64,000 nt of DNA from Selaginella moellendorffii (lineage: Eukaryota; Plantae; Lycopodiophyta), in contig NW_003314267.1 in assembly GCF_000143415.4 (NCBI RefSeq), positions 2,397,839 to 2,461,838 on the forward strand, written 5' to 3'. The notes below the pieces were generated by a model. It worked only from the letters and a program-made list of their open reading frames with translations, was not told the origin of the DNA and made no database searches. The translations under genes and the position numbers were made by a program. This document shows positions 10,871 through 23,362 of the stretch, one piece after another (the first letter of the stretch is position 1; the number at the start of each line of letters is the position of its first letter).

Positions 10871-13800
10871 AGTTGAAACTAAATTGAAGGTCATAAGATA
10901 CTTATATTGGTACAAAACCTTTTCATAGACAAAGTTATAGTATTAGTACTAACACTTTAATCTCAAATAATTAAGTTGGACATCACCATATTCAACTGAA
11001 GCATAGGGCCACCAAAATTAAATCAAAATTAGTGAGAGCTCACTATTTTTATAGAATTTAACAAAATGCAGATTGCATAGAGTTTTAAAAAATGCAAAAT
11101 GCAATTTACCACCTAAAAAAAAGTATAAAGGTCACTTTTCTAAAAAAGCACAATAGCCATTTTTACATCAACTCCAAACTTTATCCAACTCAATTATCTT
11201 AACCCCAAAAGTTAGTATCCCTTTTAGCTTGTATCATACAAACTATATACTAAACTTTAGGCTAATTGAAGTCAAATATAACCTTTCACTAGTTTGTATT
11301 AACTTACAAAAATGGAATGGTTTTCAAGAAAAATTATTAATAGGTCAGCCATTGGAAAAGCCTAAGAAAATTTATGGAAAATTTCCATCATAGAGAAAGA
11401 ATGACTCATAGTCTAGGAATATAAACTTTTAATACTCAACTAACTTCTTCCTACCTAGAACTTTACATAGGTTCACTTCAATATGAATTTTCATGACCCA
11501 ATATATTGAACATCATGCCCATATTTTTTACATCCAACACTGACATTCGCAAAATGTAAAATGAATATTCAATACTTGATAACAAAGACCATATCTTCAG
11601 ATATCCACATTGCACTAATACTTTTCTTCAACCACTTTCAAGATCCAATGTGAAGTTAAAACACTATTAAAAAAAATGATATAAAAAATCAAAATCTAAG
11701 AAAAATTCCTCATCACTCGAAATAACAATGCCACTTCCACTAACACAAGTGTTAGCGATGTCAATACCTCAACTACATACTTTCTCTATCTAACAATTTA
11801 CTTTAAGTGCTAATGAATAAACTAATAAGCTATAGCATGTGAATGTTATAACCTTTTCCAACACTTTAATAGGCAACCCTTCCAAAACCAAAGTACCAAT
11901 ATAAATTTAGTATATCATAAATCACTTTTGAGAACTTAGTCAAAGCTACTTTAATGTTACTATTTGCAAGTGGACTAACTTCACTATCAACCACTTTGGG
12001 GTTAATCATCATTTAACTATATTCACTATCATATGGATATGATATAAAAATCATAATGACTTGATTATCAATTAAGCAACACCACGAGCAAACCCATATT
12101 GTTACTTCAAAAGTTTATGTGAGTATCAAGTGCCAACTCAATTCGATAAAATGCAATATAAATGCCACACCCCACCAATAGAGATTTACAATAATGAATA
12201 TATTAACTTTTGGTCATAATAAGAACAAGTTTATGCCACTCTCCTTCCAACCAAACTCAAAACTAATCATACACCAAGCTACTCAAGGAGCAATAGCAAG
12301 ATTCCACAAAAAAGAATTGAGCATTGCAACCCAAATCTTCAATAGTAAGCATAGATAAAATGGTTTAGCACTTCACTGCTATCCATCCCATAACCCACCA
12401 CTTGTAATACCATTATAACCAATATATATCAAGATAGGGACTCTTTATTGTATAATGTGAATACGAGCAATGAGTTAACACTTCGTTGTAAATTATTTCT
12501 CCAAGAAGAGAAGATGATTTACGAGTTTGATCCTTTATCCTTGATAACTTTCTTTTCGGACCCTACTTTGACCAAACCTCAAACTTGCTTTCACACTACC
12601 TTCAATCCAATCTAAGAAAATTTATGAAAGAGCATGGCAATAACTACTTGAACCAATAAACTAATCCTTATAGTCTTGATTGATCCACTCATAATCATGT
12701 CTAGGAAGGACCCACTAGTGCCGTAGTTACAAACTAGTCTATTTGCCACTTATAGCAAACCTAGGGAAGGTTTACTTTTACCCACGATACATGGAATAAC
12801 TCATAGAACCACTGATAGGCTAATATTAATCCTGCCAACTCAAAGTGTAACCTTGAGTTGTAATGTGCCTCACACATGAGTCAACAGAACATCTCAATCC
12901 ATCTTATGAGCCCAAACACAAGCTTATACAATATCATACAAAAGGTAACCAAAATCTATACCCAAGGAATGAATACAAAGTCATAACACCCAAATGTGTA
13001 CTTATTTGAATCATCATTTTCATCTTTGCATATGCAACGAGATTAGTTGCCTAATCTCATTGGATAGTACTCATAGTGATTTATCATATGATAACCATGA
13101 AACAAAACCTAAACCTTTCATCTGCCATTTGTCACATGCCATGTGCCATATGCCATATGTCCAAAGAAAGTAGAGTGGAACTTGAATCTCAAGGCCTTGG
13201 GCCACTGAATGAAGGAACAAAGCCAAACTCCTAAGTATGGAGCCAAGGAGCGTTAGAACCAGAGCACAAAGTGACTCCCGAGTGTATAACTCAAAGAGTG
13301 AAGGGACAAGAGCACAGAGCCACTTAGAACAATCTTATAGCATCCAACATCCAATACCAAGACCAGCACACATCAAGGAGTTAAACATAGTCTAGTGTTA
13401 TTTTAGCATATTGGTGGCTTAATGCGAGTCCACCAACTAGCATGGTGTGGAATTTGGGCTTAGACCTAAGCCAGACATAGAACAAAGACAAACACGCAAG
13501 TGGGAGTTAAACTATGCCTTAGGTTAGCTAATCATGCTCAACCTACCCACTATCCCTACTATACATTTGGGACACCCCCTTCCTCCTTTGAGGAATATAT
13601 GCTTTAAGCTTTCACCCTTAGCCATCCTTAGTACCAAAAGTTAAGTCTCTAGGACTAACTTGAAACTTATTAAGTATAAAATGGTGCTAGTTTGTGAATT
13701 TGGGCATGGGACAAACATTATTGTGTTCAGGACAATCTTTACATTCCGTAGATATGCCAAATTGGTAAATCTAGACACTTTCCATAAATAACAATTGGGA

Positions 13801-14130
13801 CCAAACAAAACTAACACAAGGTGCATGATAGCGAGGGTGTTTGGTAGACACGGTAAGTTATTATCTAGCAAATATTAAGGGACCAAACTCAATATTGCAA
13901 GGGTTACCAACACTAATAAGTGCAAGTCAACGAATGAATTTCTCTAACCAGGTCATGTTTGACTAATAGGACTTAGGAATTCTGTCCTTATGCTCATATG
14001 GTCAAGTGCACATGTGAAGACCAATTTCTCAACTAGCTTAGGTGAAGACTGAAGAAGGGATCAACAATATCGACTTCCTGCCATTGTAGCAGTAAGGAAA
14101 GAATATCCAAAAGGACTAGCTGACAGATAA
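10871..14130 (-). mobile_element. Truncated, older inverted copy of LTR element B (LTR about 13075-14130 plus internal region with Copia RT/RNaseH remnant)
   Basis: Reverse-complement similarity to 30064-33858 and 36810-37930; + strand reads IGSLQYEFS*PNI and HIFRY near 11470-11610. Confidence 0.8.
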
Positions 14131-16876
14131 TTTCCACTATTTCAATCAATTATACCAAACTTTTATTTAGTTATTTTATAGTCATCAAGTCTTACAACTC
14201 ATTATTAATGCTTTCACACTTCTATTAACATTTGGTCAAAGCACTTAAATCCCTTACCTTCCAATTTAGACTATGCTAATCCTATTTCTATTGGCAAGGG
14301 GTTTTCATAAACTAGTCAACTTGACCTCTAGACATTTCCTCTTCAGATACTTTATATCTCTACACTATTGATTCTACAAGCCTATCCTCACGACACATCC
14401 CACTTATGTCTAAGTCTTTGCCAAGACCATAATAATTGTTTCTTATGCTAACTACTGTTTAACACTACATTATAGTGTTCACACATAACTCTTCGTAAAA
14501 GTTACTTTCTTTTGTGAACACTTTTTCACAAATTTAGTATGCCATCTTCTACTATCAATGAGATACTTATTATTTTCATATTTGGATCTCATGATCCTTG
14601 TAATCCTTCACTAGGTACAACACACTTTAGTTTAATATATTTCTTCTAAGCAATTGGGATCATCTTTTAACTCTACTGAGTTATCTAGCTTTTAGACTTT
14701 GTTAATCTGATGACCTAGAACGTCCTTGCCTCATGATTACTTTTGAGGTGTTACCACACTTGAATACAACCTTTTGTATTTATATCTTATTCAAAAAAGT
14801 CATATTTATTCTGATACTTAATTATTTTTTTTTCTATGTGGGTTACTTTTGCCTCTTAGAACTATCCTTCTACATCATAAGAATGCTAACTCATCCTCTA
14901 AATACACCCTCAACTCCTTGGATGGTTCTATTGATTAAAGGTAACCTTAACTACCATTGCAAGGATATATGTTCTCATCTATATTTGACCTCTTATGGTC
15001 ATCAATTCCACTCTCTAATTCTTGAGCACCATTCCTAATCATATGAGCATAATTTTATGACTCTTTTATTGTTTAGGAGTTTTATCATTTTTGTGATCCC
15101 AACTATAGTTGTTTACCACAAATATATTATCTAGTTTGCTAAATCAAATATTTATATGGATTATATCCTCAACTTTTTGAGAAAATCTTTTTACTATTCC
15201 TAATATCCCAAGGTTATTCCCTTATTAGCCCCTTTTTATCCACCACATTACCTATATGTTCACATATGAATTAAAGTGGAGAGCTATACCTTCCAAATAT
15301 GCTACTCCTCAAGGATAGACTCACTTTTAGGACTTTCCAATATTAATATCAAATGGTGATATACTTTACTATCAATAAGAGTTAGACTAAAGAATAATTC
15401 CAATACCAAATTGTAAGTGACCAAATTTTTCATTCAACTTTAATCACTTAAGCATGCCTTTGACATTTTGAAAAAGTCTTACTTATATCCTCTATAAGTC
15501 CTTATCTGCATTGGGGTACTTGCTTACCCCTAAATATGATTTCAAGATCACATTAGCTTTACATTTAGTCCAAGTGCTCTATGTGTTTAGTCTCATTTTC
15601 AAGACCCAAAGGTACCCTTGACAATGTGAAAGTTATTTCTATTTACCCTTGTCTCATTAGTAGTTTAAAACCACCCACAATATGGTCCCATCTTTTTGTG
15701 ACTAGGCCATCCATCTATAAGTGGTCATCTTATGACAATATCTTAGCATCTTTAGGATGGCCCAAGACATAAGGAACACCACCCCCCCCAATATCCCTTT
15801 TTTGATCTCCACTAAATTTCTTTCCGTCCATAGCAATGCTCGCTAACACCATTATTAGTGTTGGGCTCAAAGGATTATCCACTAAGCCCCACTAACCTTT
15901 AGGACTTCCTCACTATATAACCATACCCTTGGTAACCAAGCAAGGAGACCACTCTTTTTTCTTTCTATGGTTTGGGATTTTAAGATGACATTTCAAAACA
16001 CCGTAGCTTAATGCAAGCCATATGGGTACTACCCCCACTTTCTACCACTAGAGTGCCACAACTTATGTGGCTAAAGTGAGGTTTCGATAAGCCACACAAG
16101 GTATCCAAGTAGATAATGCCACTCACACTTGGATTGGGTGCATCAACCATTTGTTCTCTTGAGGGAGCTAAAGTTAGCTTTTGAACACTTCACCAAGTTA
16201 CCCTATTTATCCATCCGTATTCACTTTGGTTTTATTATCACTCGCCATGTGGGTGTAGCCTTCCTTAATCACACTAGCTGTTCCTAGCTAAATTGATTCC
16301 ACTAAATATTATCTCACAAAAATTCACCAAAACCCTTAGGGTCTGAGAGACAATTGCTTGGGCTTTCACCCTGGAACTCAAACTCAAACTCAAACTTGGA
16401 CTTAGACTCAGAATCAGACTCGGTCTCAGACTGGGTCTCAGTCTCAGTCTTAGTCTCAAACTCCTTCCCAAACTCCTTTTCAGACTTCATCTTGGATTCC
16501 TTCTGGGACTTCAACTTGGACTCCTTCTTAAACTCCATCTCAGACTCTTTCTCAAATTTCATCTCGAACTCCTTCTTATATTCCTTCTTAGAATCTCAGC
16601 CATTTTGAACTCCATCTTGGGCATGATCTTGATAATTCCGCATGTCACAACACTCATTATGTGTTGGTGATTCTCTTGTCCCCTTTTCAAGACTCACTCC
16701 TCAATCACTTTATGCTTGTTCTTTGAACACTTCTTTGGGAGTTTCACTCTTGCTCTCAACTTTCCAAGTTAAAATTTTTAGTTCAAACATGTTATGCTTG
16801 TTTGGCTTTTGTTTTGGCCATTACCACATGGCATACTTTGGGCTCCACTTTGAGACTAAAGAAATTGTGTCTTAGA
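14131..16876 (-). mobile_element. Truncated older copy of Gypsy element A (5' LTR 15412-16876, PBS, gag-region remnant)
   Basis: Reverse-complement similarity to 22607-25700, including the degenerate 12-bp array at about 16370-16640 and the LTR/PBS junction (ccaataccaaattgtaag). Confidence 0.85.
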
Positions 16877-16899
16877 TTTAGAGACTTCCAACCTCATGA

Positions 16900-19000
16900 C
16901 TAGAGCAGTGATCAACTGAAATAAATCTGTAGGAATAAATTGGAGGCAGCCAAATATTAAGTCTTGGAGACAAGATATTGGCTTCTAGTGGCTAAAACTA
17001 GGGGAAGATACTAAATACTTTGGGATTCAGGTTGATACTAAGTTTTAAGATGACATCTTGCTTCGGAGGATAAAAATGTCAATTCAGAAATGTGCTCCTA
17101 GAAACTCAGCTTCCTAGTGAGAGTGGTTGTGGCCAAGAGCATCATCCTACCTAGCATTTAGTACCACCTTTTGATCTAGCACATTCTTAAACACACTCTT
17201 AGATAGGTATGCATGATGGTATGTAAATATGTGTGGCAAAGTATGCTTGTTATAGGGAGAATTATGGTGAAAGTTGCCTAACAATCCACAATACATTTGT
17301 GAGTTTTGGGAGGATTCGGAATCATTGATTTGAGTGACATGGCAAAGGCACTATGATACAAAATTCTCCTAATGTGCCTTCAACCAAGTAATCAATTGTG
17401 AAGACTTATGTTTAGGGTAGAGTCTACTGATGATCTGGCCTAGGCATTACATTGCGAGACAATGGGTGGAGGATTTGCTTTTTGTTGAAGGGCCAAACAA
17501 ATGGTCAAGGGAAGCATGTTGGTCCAAGGGATTCTGAGATTGTGAAGCAAGTTTCCAATTCCAAGTTTCCAATCAAGAGATGTCAAGTGGGGCTATAGAT
17601 TGGCTAAACTAGCCTCTATTCTTTAATAATTTCTTCAAAGCAGATGGTAAGACATTGAGCAGGTACACTATATGGAAAAAGCTACACTTGAGGCTTTCAA
17701 ATTGGTGGGGGTGTTGAACAAAGACATGAGGAAGACAACAAGGCATATGCAAGTCTTTAACCCAAGACAGTGGAGGAAGGTTCACCTAAACCTTCTTTGC
17801 ATCATCCAAGTAGTGAGCGAAGGAAAGAAGGGGAAACCTTAGCCAAGGCAATGTCTCAAATCTATAGATATTGTGGCTATACAGCATGACATGGAATTGG
17901 ATGGGGAACAAGTTAGACTAGGAGCATGGACACAAGGAGGATGGCAATATGGAGGTGTGGTTTATTGTATCTCTAGAACATAATATTAGTTATCCCTTTT
18001 TGGTTGTGAGAGGTGGTATGTTGCTGTTGGCATGCCAATAGTGACAGATGATGAAGTCAAGGGGAGGATTTGAGTGGTAAGTGGTAGTTATTCAATTGAT
18101 GGTCATGCCTAAGGGGGGATGGCATACTCAGGTAGTGGTGATAGCAGCTGATTGAGCATCTAGACTAAGATCCCTTAACATGGAAATAAATAGCAAAGAG
18201 CTTCTTCTCATTTAAAGTCAATGAAGCACAAAATGGTCTCTTGACAAGCAAAGAGGAGGTCTATAGAGAGAACCCCAAGCTATGGAAGAAGTGGATCTAG
18301 CAAAGAGTCAAGGCAAACCAAGTGGTGGACAACATACTTACCTTCTAGAAATTACCAATATAGAAGAAGGTTAAGGCCACCTTTTGGTTGGTGGTGACCG
18401 ATAGGCTACTAGTGGGACAATGGTTTCAAGATGGAGCATGTTGACAGTGCATGGAGTTTGGCAAACTAGTGTGGCATGTTCTGTGGGAATGTAATGTGGC
18501 AAAAGAGGTATAGCAATAGATTCTCAAGATGACATAAGAATTAAAAGACATTTGAGAGTTCAAAGTTGTTCTTTACTAGTTCGAAGGAGTAAGAGGTTTG
18601 GGTAATGGTCCAGCTTGGAAATGCATTCAGTGTTGAGGATGGCATGGATGGGGTATGTGAGTCTGGTGAGATATGACAAAAGCTAAAGTTGGCATGTTGG
18701 TTTGGGAGGTGATGGGCCATAAGTGTTGGGATAAAGAGTGACAAGAGTGTAAGCACTTTGGGAGGTGTATAATCACTATCATTTTGATAGACAATAAGTG
18801 AGGATATATGTGGTGGTGGCCTTATGGTGGAGACTTATTCTTACAGCTATGCACCTCCATTATGCCATCTTGAAAGAATGGGTGAAACCTAATTGACTTA
18901 GAGGGGTGGAAGAATAGATGGCTCCCATGTTTTGAGAGAGTGGACAACAATAAGATTCACTAGCAGTGGTGCCTCCTTGACTCTGTTTTACATTTGGCTC
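16900..19000 (+). mobile_element. Decayed L1-type LINE (RT C-terminus and zf-RVT)
   Basis: Interrupted frames KYFGIQV, KLSFLVRVVVAKSIIL, KVA*...GGFGIIDL..MAKAL, FWLVVTDRL...C*QC...HVLWECNVAKEV. Confidence 0.8.
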
Positions 19001-19289
19001 AAGGGGGGGAAGATTTGGATATCAATATGATCTGAAAGAGATGACCATGACAGCTTCTACTTCAGGATTAGGATTAGTTGAGACGCAAGACAATCACATA
19101 GGTAACTTGTTGAGAGGGTAGGACATTTAATTTTTGTATTAGTCCCATTGGGATATAAGGAATGTATATACATGTTTAACTAGACCACTCACTCTTGTAT
19201 ATAAGCTAGAGTTTTGGGCTAATAGGATATACACATTTTTATATTTCATACATTTATAGTAATATTTTATATTTATATTTTTAATGTTT

Positions 19290-19310
19290 TATATATATAT
19301 ATATATATAT
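19290..19310. repeat. (TA)n microsatellite
   Basis: About 10 TA units. Confidence 0.9.
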
Positions 19311-19335
19311 TGATATAAGCAATCAAAAGATTTTA

Positions 19336-20203
19336 TTATGGAAAATTCTTTAATACTTTATTATCATTTGAACCAATTATATATACAAATCCATCATCAT
19401 CCACAGATAGTATTGTTGATTTACAACTTTGACAATTAATATCTATAGACCATATGTCTACATCTTTATAATCTTTTATTACTAATTTTCTTGTCTCTAA
19501 AAGTAACCAGCAATCAATATCTTTGTTAGTGGTCAGACTTTCCCATAAAATATGCATTCTCTTCCATGTTAACACTAAATTACAATTTTCCTGAAGAGTT
19601 AATTCATAATATCCATTTGGAGAAACTAGTGAATTCAACTTGAGTAAATAGGATCCTATCTCAAATTTTTCACCACTCATAAGTGTAGACCTGTAAATCC
19701 AAAAATTATTAACAGCTGTATTTATATAAGTTTTATTATTATTCACAGCGATACTCATAGGGTTATATCTTCTAGCATTTAATAGTTTGTATTTTATAAT
19801 CCAAAGTAGCAGCTATAAGACCATAATTTCCCACTCGAGCTTCTTTTAAGATATCAAATAAAAGCTGATTAAGTTTTCCAATAATTTCTTCTCCTGATGC
19901 CCCTATCCCTGTCTGTCTCCATGCCATATTACACATCCCATTAGGATTTTTACTGTATATCCATATGGTAATTTCAATAACTTTATTTGATAAAGAAAGA
20001 GTTTCAGTCCAAGTAAATGCATTATAGTATTTATATGTTTCTTCGATTTTAGTATCCATCATATCCACTAAAAACTTTCCAATTTCATTAATATCACTTC
20101 TAGTAATAAAACCATAAAGTGTAAGAGCATCCCAATTTACATCTGCTTGAACAGTCAAATCTGCTAATCTGAGAATCACTATTAGAACAATAGCTACCTT
20201 CAT
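19336..20203 (-). CDS. Secreted protein with an unknown N-terminal domain plus a C-terminal bulb-type (GNA) lectin domain, split by one frameshift (ORFs 19772-20203 and 19336-19758)
   Basis: Signal peptide MKVAIVLIVILRLADLTVQA; B-lectin pattern LVSPNGYYELTLQENCNLVL...LWES...LVIKD....IWS...LSVDDDGFVYI; the second frame is open upstream through KYKLLNARRYNPM, overlapping the end of ORF1. Confidence 0.7.
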
Positions 20204-20353
20204 GGAAAATACACAGAAATGTCCAAATAAAATAATTACCAGCTAATTACCATCAGATATAATATTATAAATGTACTAAAATCACTATTACAAGACTGTG
20301 GACCATTAGCTTCATATAGTGTATCGCATGTCTTGCAGCTAATAAAACAATTT

Positions 20354-21453
20354 TCATAGGGGAAGCTTTAGTTTCTTCTTCCTTTTCTCATCAACTGTGT
20401 CGTTATAGCTGTCATTGGAGTGATCCGAGAAGGTTGACAAGCTCTCGCCCGCACTCACGAATTCGACAAATGCCTCGGGATCAGTGACCTTGATCACCTC
20501 AGAGCTGATGCCCAATGAAGAATTGCAGCTCAGCATCGCATCGTCACTGGTGCTAGAAGAATAGCTTACGTTGCAGTTGTTCCTGGCGACCGAAACGTTC
20601 CTTAAGACCATGTTCATGGCTCGAGGAGGTGGCATGAGCACCCTTGCGGCTGACTCTCGTCTCTGGAGAAAACCAAAGACAACCAAAAGCAAAAGAGAAT
20701 GTTGTGGAATTTTCACTGAAAAGATTACCTCCCTATGCTGTGGAGCAACATCTGTGTCTCTTGAGGCATCATCCCTGTCATCTCCTGGCCTAAAAGAATG
20801 AAACGAAGTGCTACTATAAACTTGAAAGCATGGAAAAAAAATACCTTGGACTTCTGTCTGTCCACTCATCATGCATGTATGCTTGTATAAAAGATTTTGA
20901 ATTTGCACATGCCCACCACAGATCATAGGAGAAACTGATCCCTTGAGAGTCTCTACTTATAAGTGGGGATTATTAATGTAAAGCAGTGTGTCATGTAACC
21001 CAGCAGCAAAGCACATGGCTACAATGCCCTGGGATTCTTAATTCCTCTCGGAGTCACTTTCACAACAGCACACAATGCTACTACTTGAGGAGGAGAAAAG
21101 GGAAAAAAGAAGAAAAAACCATGCACTCACAAACAACAAGAAGGAATGAATTTCAACAAGAAGGAGTGAGATGGCGATGGTGATCCGAAATATTTTGGTG
21201 CTCGAGCTCTGCAATTACCAAGAGGAGGAGGAGGATTATCATCGGGCTTAGCGCCACCGCCGGTGCCCCCTACCCCGCGATCACCGCCTTCGCCATTGCC
21301 ATCGCGATCGCCCCGGCTGAGCCACGCCGTCAAGAATGCCGCATTGGCGGCCCGGGGCATGGACAAGCGCCTGGAGAGAAGATCGCCGCTGGTGCTCGAG
21401 AGGAACGACGATGCGGCACGGCGAAGGACACTGCTACGGCGATGGATTCCCAT
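20354..21453 (-). CDS. Orphan 3-exon protein of about 200 aa, Ser/Gly/Asp-rich with a basic C-terminus
   Basis: ATG 21453; phase-compatible GT-AG junctions (PPLG|gtaat, ccag|GDDRDD, QHRE|gtaat, ctccag|RRESA); GC-rich exon 1; ends KRKKKLKLPL. Confidence 0.55.
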
Positions 21454-22837
21454 GGAGAGAATTTCATAGGCGCAGAAAGCTACGCGACCGATCGATCGAT
21501 GGAGTGGGCTCGCTAGAAATATTTTGCCTCTCTCGAGTGACACCTGTCCAGGCGTCGTATGACGAAGACAACGTACTTTTGCTTCCCTGTTCGCCACGTG
21601 GCAAAGCCATAAACCCTAATGGCGGCGGCAGCGGGGCATCTCGTTCCATAGCCACTCGCAGTCGCAGTGACGATGCAGCTAAATTCAGACCTGGCAATCG
21701 ATCCCCGGAAGAACAGCCTCGAATCGTGAGAGAATCACTTGGAGCTCGTTCTTGGCCTCCGCCCCGAGGCCATGACAGCGGGCGCTGGTCGCTGCAGCAA
21801 CTCTTATTTTATAATAATTATTTGCTGTATAATAAGAATCAAGCTTAAATGTTCCTTTAATTAATCCTAATTAATTAGCTATGTATATGATATAATTAAT
21901 AAAAAATATGAAAATGATTAATATACTAAGTGAGACCTCCATCATGTCAACATGATGATTTACATGACCTTTTTGGCATCACATTATACAAAGAAATAAC
22001 TATTTGTTTATATTAAATTTAATTGAACTTTTGTAATGGAGCTTAGGTCCATTAATTGGTATAAGTATACAGTTTCACATAAAGATTGTTCTGAAAAAAA
22101 GAGTTCTTCCACCAAAACTAGTCTATAAAAGTTTGAGGAAGGTACAAGTCAAGTTTAGTAAGAGGATACGAAATTAGTGAAAAATGCGAAAAAACAAGAC
22201 ATGAAAGTGGTATAATTTAAATAATTAAAAAGAATTATTCAAGAGGTAATCATAGGGTTTAAATATAAGAGAAATGACTTATGAATAAAAGTGCATCCTT
22301 TTTTTCAATCGATTAAGGGTATTGAGATATTTGGGATTAAGCATCTCTGAGTTCAAATTAAAAAATTTATATTTGGTATCAAAGAGGTTTTATATTCAAC
22401 TTTATTGGTTAGTAGAGGAATCACACCATATGTTGAGATTAACATATAGAATTAAAAGATATTCAAATTAAAAATTAATTATTTTTACATTCTTGTCGCA
22501 AATGTGACTTCGGGTATCGAAAGTTACCTATCGACCAATCCTTACAGACATTCTTTCCTTACAACTATGATGGCAGGAGGTTAGTATTATTGGTTCCCTT
22601 TATCAGTGTGAGACACAAAATCCCTAGGCCCCAAAGTGGAGCCAAAAGGGTGCCACGTGGTAGTGGCCAAAGCGAAAGCCAAACGAGCGTAACACGTTTG
22701 GACTAAAAGCTCCGACTTGAAAGGTTGAGAGCGGGAGTGGAACTCCCAACAAAGGGCTCGAGGAACAAGCATGAAGCGAGCAATAAGCGAGACTCCAAAA
22801 AGGGACCCAAAAAGACCAACACATGACACGTGGAAGT

Positions 22838-23362
22838 GTCCGAAATGGAGTCCAAGATGGACCCAAGTTGGAGTCCGAGATGGAGTCCGAGGTGGAGTCT
22901 GAGATGGAGTCCGAGATGGACCGAGACAGAGTCCGAGATGGAGTCCGAGGTGGAGTCCGAGGTGGAGGCCGAGATGGAGTCCGAAGTGGAGTCCGAGATG
23001 GAGTCCGAAGTGGAGTTCGAGATGGAGTCCGAAGTGGAGTCCGAGATAGAGTCCGAAGTGGAGTCCGAGATGGAGTTTGAAGTGGAGTCCGAGATGGAGT
23101 TCGAGATGGACCGAGACGGAGTCCGAGATGGAGTTTGAGATGGAGTCCGAGATGGACCGAGACGGAGTCCGAGATGGAGTCCGAGATGGAGTCCGAGAAG
23201 GACCCGAGATGGAGTCCGAGGTCGAGACCGAGACCAGGACCGAGACCGAGACCAAGACCGAGACCAGGACTGAGGCGGAGGCGGAGGCCGAGGCCAAGAC
23301 CGAGCCCGAGTCCGAGTCCGAGTCCAAGTCCGAGTCCGAGTCCAAGTCCGAGTTCGAGTCTG
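22838..23362. repeat. 12-bp/6-bp minisatellite (GAGATGGAGTCC / GAGACC / GAGTCC) in the 5' LTR of element A
   Basis: Directly visible tandem array; followed by three 20-bp ggccagtttggcccaggaaa units at about 23451-23530. Confidence 0.95.

Noticed and set aside
22838-23362. CRISPR-like array
   Set aside because: Contiguous tandem units with no unique spacers, in a eukaryotic LTR
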